64,000 nucleotides of DNA. It comes from Perkinsus olseni. Lineage: Eukaryota. The notes beneath the pieces were generated by a model. That model saw nothing but the letters and a program-made list of their open reading frames with translations. It made no database searches and was not told the origin of the DNA. Shown in pieces: positions 40,083 to 52,031 of the stretch. The translations under genes were made by a program, and so were the position numbers. The DNA lies in assembly GCA_013115125.1 (NCBI GenBank), contig JABANN010000073.1, positions 1 through 64,000 of the forward strand. Direction: 5' to 3'. The first letter of the stretch is position 1. Every line of letters starts with the position of its first letter.

Positions 40083-40440
40083 AGAGCGGTTCCACAATAC
40101 TCTAATGGCGACAGTTTTGACAACGTACGTGGCCTCTGTCGAAATACTCACTATCTCATGTCATTCGCCTCTTCCATCGCTTTGTTCTGAGAACATTTAC
40201 TTGCTATAACCATTATTATCAATGGCCGTTTCTGTAAGACTGCCCTCCTGTGTTTATACGCCTCACTACTTACGCGCGGCGTGTATGCTGAACGGGTTGT
40301 AGCAGGCTGCGTGGCGCATGCTGATAGCTGAACAGCTGAGCGAGCGGCTCACCAGTAGATTTTCGCAACTGCGTCGCGGAATGAGATACGGATTACGACG
40401 GGTACTGGGCTCACGTTCCCGCTGATCATTCAAGTTGGAT

Positions 40441-40490
40441 GATCAATCTAACATCGAAGTTTGATGACCAATCTAACATCGAGGTTTGAT
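40441..40490. repeat. Tandem 25-bp duplication just upstream of the minisatellite
   Basis: GATCAATCTAACATCGAAGTTTGAT followed by GACCAATCTAACATCGAGGTTTGAT. Confidence 0.85.
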
Positions 40491-40509
40491 CGTCGAACGC
40501 ACCGGTTAA

Positions 40510-41890
40510 GATGAGTACAAGTTCAAGTGTAGCCACTAGTGGTGACACGGATGAGCGCAACTGAATGTATAATCACTACTGGTGACACGGATGAGTACGA
40601 GTCAAACAGCCGCGTATGGATGGTGACATGGATGACACGGTTGAAAGCGTTGCTACACATGGTGACACGGATGCGTACAGGTTGATGAATTACCGCGTAT
40701 GGTGACACGGACGAGTAGAAGTCAATGAATCGCCGCGTATGATAACTCGGATGAGTGTAGCCACTCGTGGTGACACGGATGAGTACGACTTGACGCATTG
40801 CCGCGTATGGTGACACGGACGAGTGCAGCCACTCATGGTGACACGGATGAGATCAAGTCAAAGTATAGCTACCCATGGTGACACGGATGCGTACAGGTTG
40901 ATGAATTACCGCGTATGGTGACACGGACGAGTAGAAGTCAATGAATCNNNNNNNNNNNNNNNNNNNNNNNNNNNNNNNNNNNNNNNNNNNNNNNNNNNNN
41001 NNNNNNNNNNNNNNNNNNNNNNNNNNNNNNNNNNNNNNNNNNNNNGACACGGATGAGATCAAGTCAAAGTATAGCTACCCATGGTGACACGGATGCGTAC
41101 AGGTTGATGAATTACCGCGAAGTGACACGGATGAGTAGGAGTCAATGAATCGCCGCGTGTGGTAACTCGGATGAGAGTAGCCACTCATGGTGACACGGAT
41201 GAGTACGACTTGACGCATTGCAGCGTATAGTGACACGCATGACTGTAGCCACTCATGGTGACACGGATGAGTGCAACTGAATGCATAGTCACTACTGGTG
41301 ACACGGATGAGTACGGGTCAATGAACTGTCGCGTATGGTGACACGGACGAGTGTAGCCACTCATGGTGACACGGATGAGTACAAGTTGAAGTGTATCCAC
41401 TCATGGACTCATCCGGATGGGTACGACTTGATGCATTGCCGCGTATGGTGACACGCATGAGTACAAGTTGAAGTGTAGACACTCATGGTGACACGGATGA
41501 GTACAACTGAATGTGTTACCACTCCTAGCCGCTCGCCACTCATAGCCTGATCCAATAGTCTGGTGCTTATACAGCTTGGTATAGTCTGATGAAGCCTACG
41601 GGCATCGGGCTTTAAATCAAACTACAAGAACTCCCAGTGGCATGGATAAGTACAAGCTGAAGCGTAGTTATCAATAGTGGCACGGATGACTGCACCCACT
41701 CGTGGTGACACGGATGAGTTTAAGCGAAGGTTTTGTTGTATTCTTCTTACTCATACGTGGAACACAAGGCCAAAGGGAGCTTGTGAGATGGATCTTATGA
41801 AAGAGCTATTGCCCAGACTACTCTGCACGCATAAACATAGACGGAGCGTAACAGGCTTAGCCACTCATGGTGACAGGGAGGAGTACTGAT
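40510..41890. repeat. Minisatellite of 40-bp and 28-bp units with GGTGACACGG core; 216-bp higher-order repeat
   Basis: About two dozen units at 40541-41525 plus degenerate copies to about 41890. The same unit variant recurs at 40661, 40877 and 41083. Confidence 0.95.
40948..41045. other. Assembly gap (98 N) inside the minisatellite
   Basis: Run of N. Confidence 1.
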
Positions 41891-42645
41891 GTTGTTAATG
41901 ATTTGCCCTTACGGCGACACGGCGGGGCCACGATGCCGACTGAGTCCACGCCTCCACCTCACAAGCCAGGGTGCGGGTTGGAAGTATATCTGAAGCCTAG
42001 TGACTGGGATCTCAAGGTGTTGCTCGCTCGGCGACGAAACCGCTGCCCTGGCTTCCTGGTGGTTTCGCCGGGTACCAGAGACCGGTATTCAGTACAAAGC
42101 AAAAGATAATGTTGGCCCGCCTCAAAGCACGGGCATGCACACTCCGAATAAAAGAGAAAAAATGCCCTCCTGGCCCGCACATCGCGGGTGTAGCTGCCTG
42201 AGTACGAATCTGACAGATTCAAATTTCCCAACGAAACTGATCCACCCTGCCGGTGAGCTTCGCCTCAGCGTGACTCGCATACCTTACCCGCCGCGGGTAA
42301 CCCGTGGTATCGAAAATGGGTCTTGTTCAGTCTTGCACATCTCACCCGAATCATCATGAAAAACAGGGTGTCGCGAGTGGTGGATACTCGGATCCAAACG
42401 ATCCTGCTAAGAAGGGCTTACCTGCTGTCCAGCACGCAATCACTCCACGACCAGCACAGGCTTGTGAAGATCCACCATGGACTTGATGGTCTTACGGCTG
42501 AAGTTTTCCGTCCTAACGCGGCATCTAGGTACGGCAAGGAATGAATTCTCTCACAGTGACCCCCCCAACGCAGGGCAACGGCATTGACGTCACTCGAGTT
42601 TCATTACTCGGGAGAAAAGCTTAACACACTGGACACAGGGCAGGC

Positions 42646-44662
42646 TCACGCAGGAATATTCTCTCCGAGAATCCGGCGCATCTCATTCAGCAAAGGCTCG
42701 GCCTCAACAACCTGTTGATATAGTGCTCTTGGGAAGTCTTCCGGCCTATCGAAAAACCTCTGTTGAGGACCACCTATAGAGTACCTGAGAACGTGAGCGA
42801 TTAATCCGAGTAATCGCACTATTTACTCACTTCGCAAGGCGAAGAAGTTCGCCAGCAGCCATGTGAATCGCCAGAACTCGTTCGGGAAGGGTTGGGAAAT
42901 CCTCGGGGTAGTTGAGCAACACTGGCGGCATGCGAGCCTCGAAACCAGCGACGAGGGGGCCTGCGACGGCAGCTCCTCACCGAGAGTGTATTCGCCGGCT
43001 TACCAAAGTGCCATGCAAGAGTAGCCAGGGCTCTCCGCCCCAAATAGGGAATGTCCACAACGGCCGTCCTCGACTCAGGGCTCAATAGATCCGCATCAGC
43101 AAGCAACTCCTTCGTGTGGGTGACGTTATTGCCCGTGTTTGTGCTGGTATTCTCTAGTACTACGATGAGCTTGCCGCTAAAGCTATTCTTATCGAACGAG
43201 ACAGCTGAGTGTCGGTCGATGACCCAGATATCGGTATAATCAACCAACTTCTCCTTCACGACGAGGATGCCGAGTATAACTTCGAGGTAAAGGTTGGACT
43301 CTGTGAGGAATCTGCCAACGCCAAAAATTCCGAAGGGCTAGAAATTCTAAATTCTGAATTCTAGCATAAAATTCAGATGGCCCTCAAGGTCATGCGCCAT
43401 GTGCGGGTAACCAGCGATGAGGCGTATCAGCTCTCCACCGAGACACAACATCAAGCACTCCGGGAGTGTGCGAACGATCATACAGGGAGAACCGAGAGAG
43501 AAGATCCTGGTAGAACATTACCCCTCAAGATCATCTCTCGACCTGTAGCCACGACGACTGAACTCAATCGCGTCTTTCTCCTTCACCGGCTTCAGCTCTT
43601 CCGTCTCCGCGAGCCCCTTCAGCCTACTTTGATACGGCACACCTCCAGTGGGGAGCTGGGCAACTAGAAAACAAGAGCTAGTTTCAGCTTGATCCATCTA
43701 CTTGATCTGCCGATCGTTCCACGCGTTCATTACCGAGTTCCGTGAGCCCCTCATTCTTCGCCCAAGCTACAACGTTGTCACAGAGTAGGGGTGTTAGGCG
43801 TCCAATACCACCAGATAGGATAAGAGTCAACTAAACAGAGGGATTCTCGGCATTTACTGGCGTGAGGCTATCGAGATGGTCACCGGTCTCCGCGGATTCT
43901 GATCAAGGCGCTTAGCCACAATCTGGGCGGCATAAATTGGAGTTTCCACCATGTTGGCTCCAAGGCACAGTACCTACCATCAGTGAAAGAGAGAGTTCTA
44001 ACCATCACGACTCGTCACGTAATGCTTCCACCAGGAGCACGGAGACGATTTTTCTCGACCGCTCGACCCGGCCATCGTCCAGAAGCACAAGGGCAAATCA
44101 CTGCCAAGTGTTGATGAACGCCCTTTACCTTGTCTATATCGTCCGCCAGGGGAACATCTAAGGGGACTGCTATATCTCGGCAGCAAACGTAGTCGAGAGA
44201 ACTCTTCACGTCAACTGCATACTCGTATTTGCTCACAAGCGAAGAAAGCCTCTCCGACCTGAACAACATTGGCCATAGGGAACCAGAGCGATTCGCTCTG
44301 AGCGAATCAGCTAGGTTTTTCGCAGAGGATTTGGATACCAACTACTTCAAGACTGAGACAACAAGACCACGAGATTGGGATCATCGCAATCGGTCACGGA
44401 AGCAGTCGCTCACGATGGTCTACACGCTCTCTCGAAACTGGGACATGCCGAATGCATAAAACAGAGCGACCCAAAGAAGAGCATTAAGCTCTTGGTCCGA
44501 GGAGCGACGTAACACTCGGAAGCGCTGGCCTCACTCGGAGTAAATTACTCCCATGTTATATTACTCTGCCTCCCAATCATCATCAGCATGGATGATCGTG
44601 TCTGGTTGAATACCTTGGTGTCGGAGATACCGCCTTTTTGCTGCGAGATAGGCCTCTGCCAT
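42646..44662 (-). CDS. YdcF/DUF218 (ElyC/SanA/YdcF) family protein, multi-exon
   Basis: LILSGGIGRLT, VLENTSTNTGNNV, VVDIPYLGRRALATL and AGELLRL...PEDFP match the YdcF motifs SGGIGHST, EDQSTNCGENA, QDPTMQRRTMATF and GELPRL...VDFP. Confidence 0.75.
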
Positions 44663-44876
44663 ATTGAAAAAAACCTCTGACGATATTATCCGTTCCAAAA
44701 AGAAGGATATTAACAACTGGGAAATCAACACCTCCGCGATTATTCCTGCCGCAAAGCCCGAAGCTGAGCAGCTGTTGGAGTAAACCAAGTATGGGTAGTT
44801 CTAGGGCACAGCGAGAAACTCGAAGACAGTTCGATACCGGCTCAGCTCAGTCATTGCAAGTCCCACAGGGAAGCGT

Positions 44877-46699
44877 CTACTTGCCCTTGCTGACGTTGAA
44901 CTTGAAGAAGCAAATATCGCCATCAAGGACTTCATAGTTCTTGCCATTCTGATGAAGCTTGCCAGCTGCCTTAACCTGAAGAAAAGAGGAAGCGCTCCAC
45001 AAAGGGTAAGACTAGCGAGAGAGTGATAGGTCGAAGAGAGGATCGAACACTGCCAAACAGCTTCATGGTGAGAGATACTTACAGCGTTCTCATCACCGAG
45101 TTCTCGAATGTCTTCATACCGGTAGGTCTCAGCGCAAATGAATCCACGCTCCATATCTGTGAAAAGCTTCTTTCGAAGCCGATATGTAGCGAAGCGTTAG
45201 TTACCAGTGTGAATGACTCCAGCGGCTTGAGGAGCCTTGGTTCCTCTCTGGATGGTCCAGCAGCGGACCTCATCGGGACCACAGGTGAAGAAGTGAATAA
45301 GATCCAGATAGTCGTAACTAAGAAGAGCAAATCACTGAATGGTGGGGAGCAACACTAAGCGAGTCATACCCAGTCTTGATGATCTTATCAATCATGGACT
45401 TCTTAGCTCCAGTCTTCTCGAGATAGGCCTTCTTGTCCTCCTCGGAATCACCTATGAGTCAAAAAACAATGCCGACAGGCTGGAAAGAGGCGGCCCCGGC
45501 TGGTGTAACGTCCCAGACCAGACGAAAGCAGTAGCCAGCATAGGAGCAGGATCCAACTTACCGCATTCCTGGTATTCCATCTCGAAAGCAGCGGAGTAGG
45601 GGATGATGGGACCACCGCCGTTGGCATCGACCCACTCCTTAATCTTAGGCAACCACTTGTTCTTCTGACGGATGAAGTCCCTCTCGCTCATATTGACGAG
45701 ATACACAGTGGGTTTCGTCGTGAGGAACTGATACCTGAGGGAAACCAATGATCAGCCGGAAGGCCATCCGGGCAACGCCAACACTACTTGTTCACGATTT
45801 CCACTTCCTTGGAGGTCCAATCATCGCAGAGTCTAAGAGGCTTGCCGCTTTCCAAGATCTTCTGGCACTTCACGAGTGCGTCGTACCTGCAAAATCAATG
45901 ATACCTCGCGCGAGTAGGGAGATATAGTACTCCTCCTTGAGCTCCTTCATCTTCTTGTTCTGCTCGGCCTTCTTGGCGTACTCCGCGGCACGATTAGTGG
46001 CCTGGGCCAAATCCTTGAAGATGAGCTCGGATTGGATGATTGAGAGGTCCCGAACGGGATTGACCTAGAAAGCAATGGGCATACCTTAGTCTAACCTATA
46101 TCGCATCTTTCACGGATGAACCCAAGATATCCGTGACACTACCTCTCCTTCGGTATGGACGATATCCTCATCATTGAAAGCCCGGCAAACGTGGTAGATG
46201 CCATCAACGGATTGAATGTTCGACAAGAAAGCGTTTCCAAGGCCCTAAGAAGACGATATTCACCGTGGCACGACCAAATGAATGCCTGAGTAGTACCTCT
46301 CCTTCGTGAGCGTTGGGGACGAGCCCGGCGATATCCCAGATTCGCAAGACGGCAGCAATGGTGTTCTTCGGCTTGAAAGTAGCCGACAACCAGTCCATCC
46401 TGACAAATGACGATGAAAACAAAGCCGATCCTCCCGTTTCCCTACCTCTCATCGGGGACGTTAACGACAGCCTCGTGGGGATCGATGGTGCAGAAGGGGA
46501 AGTTCTCCGCAGGGATCGAGCACTGAAATTGGAACTCGAAAGAAGCAACCGATTGAGCCCGCTGGAGTACCTTCGTAAGGACGTTGAAGGTGGTGGACTT
46601 GCCGACGTTAGGGAGTCCGGCAAGACCCATACGAAGAGTGTTGCCTGGTCGACCGAATTTCACTTTCTTCACTTCTTCTACCTTCTTCTTGGGAGCCAT
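44877..46699 (-). CDS. OLA1: Obg-like ATPase 1 (YchF/OLA1)
   Basis: [32 protein letters not shown] (ATP-type G4), and C-terminal [12 protein letters not shown]...[14 protein letters not shown]. Confidence 0.96.
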
Positions 46700-47086
46700 G
46701 ACTGCGGAGAGGAGCGGATGGAATCAAACTTATGCCAACACACAGCCATATTTTCTCCTGTATGGATACCGCATGCAGCAAATCTCTGATATCGAAGGAG
46801 CTGTATGAGCCACCACTGCAACATATAGCTTAGGGAAAAATCCATATCGAAGTACCGATGACGAGCGAAGATGGGTTTGAATTTGAAAATACTAGCCCCA
46901 CGGATGGGAGCGATATTTTTCTACAGACTGGACCCAAAGACGACATGTCTAGAGCGATCTTGGCTAGTGTAGGTTACTACATAGGGATGTTAACTATTAC
47001 CCTGTCGATTACACGGGACAAGGGGTCACAACTACAGCGCAACTATGACCGTCGCGCGCCGGTAAATTACTCTTCAGCACTCTGCT

Positions 47087-49772
47087 ATGCTTATGCTCAT
47101 TTTCTATGGCACTCTGCTGTCTCTAGCAGTCGGTCGAGCTCGAACTCGGCCGGTGACTCCAGACGAGAAGGGTTTATGTGAATGCGACTACTTCAAAATA
47201 GATATAACGGACGAGTGTCCGAAGACCTCCATGGGATTCGACTGGGAAGTTTTAGGAGAGGAACTGTAGTATCAAGGGGTTCCTAGAGCGATACGCGGGT
47301 GCCTCTAGTACTGCGATGACCGAGCTTCCTAAATAGGACGACCTAGCGGCCGGTTGCAGGTACAAGGTTCGGGCTCTTACGTTCGCGGGTAGCCGAGGGC
47401 GAGATCACCGGATACGTCAGCTCGGTGCAATTCTCAATACCGCTACGACACCCTTCCACCTCGGATTCGAGTGCCCATTGGCCACCGCTAGTCTGTAGTA
47501 GTGAGATGCAGTTCAAGCTGAGTAGGCTGATGCAAGGTACTGGTCTCTCGCCCAGGACCTGGCTGTTGAGGGGAGGATGAGGAGGGCTCAGGCGCTGCTC
47601 ATCATGGGGTTCATATTCACTAGGGATAAAGGCTTCAATGAGTGTAGGCTACCACACCAACAGCCTTTCTTGGCTAAAGTGTGCCTTTACGGCAGCGTTT
47701 ATATTCAGTGGCTTAGCCTTTGCTGAATCATGAACTTCTTGGTGGTCAAAGATTCGAACCTTGCATCTTTACATACTTCCTAGTTCACATGAAGTGTATT
47801 AATCTTATGGCCGAGCAATCTTCGAGTTCATTGTTCCCGCCACGTGACAGAATATTTCGACTGGCAAACATACTGTTCGAGTGATGGGCGATTCTAAGGT
47901 ACTCCTTGGCCCGTTCAAGGCTGGGACATGCTCCTTGGTGCCCTTCACGCTAGGCAGTGAGTGTTAACCGTTCTGAGCTATGCACACCAATCCCACTGAG
48001 GTACGTAGAGTCTGCTGAGGCCCCGTCGCAATTGCCGGATGTACCGACTTACCGTGATAGTACTTCAAAAATCGCCATAGTCAGCATATGCGGCTACGCG
48101 GCAAATGAGACGGTCAGAGTGCTCAGCGAGGAGAATCACGCGCTTTATGCTCAACTACATGGGTGAGACTAAAGTTCCGTCTCCCTGGGCAAGAGTGGGC
48201 CTCGACCATCGCTGGGTTGAAGCCAGGATTCGAGCCAATCAATCGTTGTCTTAAGGTATGCCCTCTACCAGTTCGGTGGTCCTGAGGACGTCTATCCTAA
48301 TGTGAACGCCAATATGTCGATCGACGGGCGGAAGCCGTTTTTCTGGAAGGTGTGTTCATTCCAGTCCGGCTGGCTTAGGGTCGCTGTAGGTAAACGCGGT
48401 TCGTAACGTGATGGATCTAGAAGGTTCAGAGAGGCCGGACTGGGTCATGTGGATGGATTGTGATGCTTTCTATATGGATCCTGAGAGATCGATTGACTCT
48501 GTCATTCGAATGTGAGTTATGCGGATGCATTACACACTCCGTCCTGCGAGATGGAGATAGTACATGTTGCGTGGCGGAATGAGCCCGTACGAGAAGTTGC
48601 ACCAGGAAGCTCCTCCCGAAACAGAATTTTGTCATCTGGCATCTGTGATGACGTAGTGTATCGCTCCTAGCTGGGCGTCTTTTCTGTAAGACACGAGGAC
48701 TCTAGCTGCGCGGTGGTTAGTCGTCTCGAAGGGTGCCATCCGTTTGTCTAAGGTATGCCTACAACACATCACACCCCACTGAAAAGGGAGTTGAAGAGCT
48801 CAGGATCCACCCGGGGGACAGTGAAATTGTTCGAGCTCTCAAGTGGACCCTCTACCCGCACATTCAAGTTGGCGGAGAGACCCTGGAAGGCGGTCCTGAG
48901 GTGATTCCACCAGTGTTTTCCAATATGGTCCCACCGTGCTTCTCAGGTTGAGCTGTTGATTGCAGTGGACAGCACTGGAATCAACAACGGCGTATGGATG
49001 ATCCGGAATTCTGAGTGGTCGAAGAACTTCCTGAGTCGGTGGTGGAATTCTGGCATACTGGAGGGGGCCGGCAAAGACCACAATTGTAGCGATCAGAGTA
49101 GGCCGTGGTATCTGCTGAGATGTCTCCGTGGTGAATTCCTTAGCAAGGCACCATGCAATATGAGTTGTTGTATGATGGGAGCACGCGGCAGCTGTTGGAC
49201 CACGAGGGCGCGAGGGAGTGGGACAGATTAGACGGGCCTATGTGGCCTCGCGAGGTAGGGCCTCCGTGAACCAGGTCAAGGAAAATCCTGAATTGGGTTT
49301 TTAGATGAGACATCTGCTATAACTGAAACTTGCTCATAACTGCCCGATGAGCGTTCTCCGCTCGATAACGTGCAACATCTCTGCTCTGATATCGTGTGAC
49401 TTTGCTGAGGAAGCCAAATTATTCACGGGTCGCTCAGGTGCGAGTGGTGCGGCAAGAGCACATGCAGTCATTCCATGAAGCCACAGCTCAGTCCGTCCTC
49501 TCGAGAGAATATCAGGACGGCGACTTCATTCGTCATCACCCAGGCTGTCACTACTACAAGCTCCCGTGCCAGGTAGTAGAAGAGTCAGTGCTGCCTCGTG
49601 ATGGATCGGGCCGTGAGCGGCTCTGTTGCCATGATCATCGCTTCTAGGAGGACTTTCCTTGGGCTGCCCCTCGTGAGTACTTAAGCGGTTTCCTCAGTGG
49701 CTTTATGCTGAGGCCTCTGACATCTTCAAGGAGAAGCTTCAGCGACTTATCAGTAGTACAGCAGCGAGTTGA
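47087..49772 (+). CDS. Glycosyltransferase family 34 (GMA12/MNN10-like) with signal peptide
   Basis: N-terminal hydrophobic leader; NHALYAQLHGY, FWKV, DWVMWMDCDAF (DxD), DSTGINNGVWMIRNSEWS, SDQS, GDFIRHHPG. Confidence 0.85.
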
Positions 49773-49883
49773 CGTGGATGTCGGCATGCTTGTAGTGTTT
49801 CCCTCCCTGTTGACTTGCGTTGAGTTCCACTTGGTCACCCCTTTCAGCATGTACTTCTCTCTTGAAGTTCAAGTAAAACCCTC

Positions 49884-51671
49884 ATGGCGTCTCCCGGCCA
49901 ACCGTCCGTGCGCTTGGACCGTGTAGCCTCTCATGTCTCTTATAAGCAGGGTGGGATCGCCTTGGTAGTTGGCTGCGGCGATGGTATCGGCAGGGCGATT
50001 ATTGAGCGCCTCGCCGAGGATCCGGGTGAGTTGCTAGGGCTTAGTGCTACGGAAACAATATGAGGGGCGCTGTCGTTTATTGCTCATGGCTGTCGTATTT
50101 TGTAGCCTTCCCGTGAGTATCCAAGATCTTAGGTATAGCGACAGTGGTTGCGGTGCGTCGTAATAGAGCAAAACTCGATGAGCTTCTGGGACAGATAGGG
50201 AACCATAAAATTCACGGACTGCCTGCTGATGCGCGCCTCGAGGAGGAGGTCGTCAGGCTCTTCGATGTAGGACGTGGCAAATTGTGTGCTCGCTAAGTAC
50301 GACAAAGACTCTCTGTAAACAGCAGCAACCGCGTAGGCAATGGATTCCATACAGAACCCATCTCCGGGGCTAGGTCTCCACGTTCGGGAGGTTTCGAGCT
50401 GCAGACAAGTCCGGGCTTCATGTGACTCACATGATCGCCGGGAACCTCACATGATGTGAGGTTCCCGGCGATCAGGAAGAAACTCCGGTGAAACCGCTGC
50501 GCTGTTGGTCCGCGATCGTGGGCAACGCCTTCAGGAAACTGAGAGGAGATTTGGCCCAATAACTCTGTGCGTCCACAACATTGGCGCTAATGTATCGTTC
50601 ACAGTCGAGGAGACTACAGCTCGAGTGTAGGTGAGGATACAACGTCTTCTCATCATTTGGGAAGTGGGCAAGTTGGTTCGCAATCGGCGGAAAAATTCTC
50701 GCCACGATAGGCGTGAACTCGCCGTGTGAGGACGATTAGTTATAGCTGCCTCAGACTAGCAGGCGGGAACTCGACTGGGTCTCATGCAGCTCTGTCTGCA
50801 TCGTTGCATATTAGGGGTTATCTCGGTCGAAGGTACCGCAAGGTCTGGGAAATGGCGTGCTTGAGCGCATTCTACACGGCTCGCGAATGCGCTAGGAGGA
50901 TGGGCCGCCGAGGAGAAGGGACTCTGGTTATCACGTCGGCGACGGCTTCAGTTAGAGGTTGGGCTGGGATAGCTACTAACGTCGAAGCTCAAATTTGCGT
51001 ATCAGCAAGTGGAACCTACCACCGTCACGAAATTTATACCTCGTACTCAACTTCTTGACGCTGCCAAATTGACAGGATATATCTATCCTGTCACGAAGTT
51101 GAGTACTCCCCAACGGGAACTCCAGACGGGCCTGGGTGGTCATCCTCTGTTCTTGACAATGCGCCTGCAATTGTGGCATCCGTTTTGTTACATTGTCGAC
51201 AATTTCAAGGGGACGCCAAGGCCACTGCACTTTCACTCCATGCCACATACGACAATACTGTCGTGCCATATGCTACAATACCACGCCTTCCACGCCCGCA
51301 ACGGGAGACCCACTGTGTGACTTCAGGTAAAGCGGGCTACTCGGCTTTCGCTGGTGCATTACACGCGAAGAGAGCGCTAGCACAAAGCTTAACCTGCGAG
51401 CTGGGTCCCAAAGGGGTGAGGGTGCGAACTCCGCTGAGAAAAGCTGTTGAAGTCTTCAGTTCGCAAGGTACACGTGGCGCATGTGGTTGTTGATGGACCT
51501 GTCGACACTCCGTGGGTGAGGGATCAGCTCGCCTCCGAGGATGACATCGCCAAGCTGATCCCGCCTCGAACCATTGCCGAGTCTATCGTCTTCCTCCACA
51601 ATCAGAGCCCCGGTGGATGGTCGAACGAAGTTGATTTGCGAGGGGCCTCGATGTCTCCGTGGTGGTCCTAA
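49884..51671 (+). CDS. Short-chain dehydrogenase/reductase with PTS2-like N-terminus
   Basis: VVGCGDGIG Rossmann motif, TSATASVRG, AFAGALHAKRALAQSLTCELGPKG/VHVAHVVVDG. Confidence 0.87.
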
Positions 51672-52031
51672 TTTTTCGACTGTCTTGATGGTGGTGAGTG
51701 TTTCAAGAGTGTGCTGGTTTGTTACATGAGGTATGGACATGTTACAATTCGGTATCATTAATGAAGGCAGTCACACCGTGTTAGCATTTATGCGTCCTAT
51801 ACAGCCCAGGGTTCTGCTGTACGCCGTGCTTGCTACGAGTTCAGTGGCGTCTCCAGGCCGAACCACGCCGGTCGCGATCGTTTGTCCGAAATATAGTGCG
51901 TCTAAGTGAACCTCTACCATCTTCGCATCTCGCCACCTCACGTATAGAGGGATGGATAGCAATCGAGATCAATTGTTCTGTTTACTTCTTGACCAGTGTT
52001 TTGGTTTTTGAGGCGAGCGAGATTTACGTTA

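Noticed and set aside
40510-41890. CRISPR array or coding repeat ORFs
   Set aside because: The would-be spacers are mutually homologous and recur, the constant part is short, no cas genes are present and the context is eukaryotic. The minus-strand ORFs are by-products of the periodicity.
41900-42600. Short ORFs beside the minisatellite as a transposase/integrase remnant
   Set aside because: No recognisable catalytic motifs, TIRs or LTRs.
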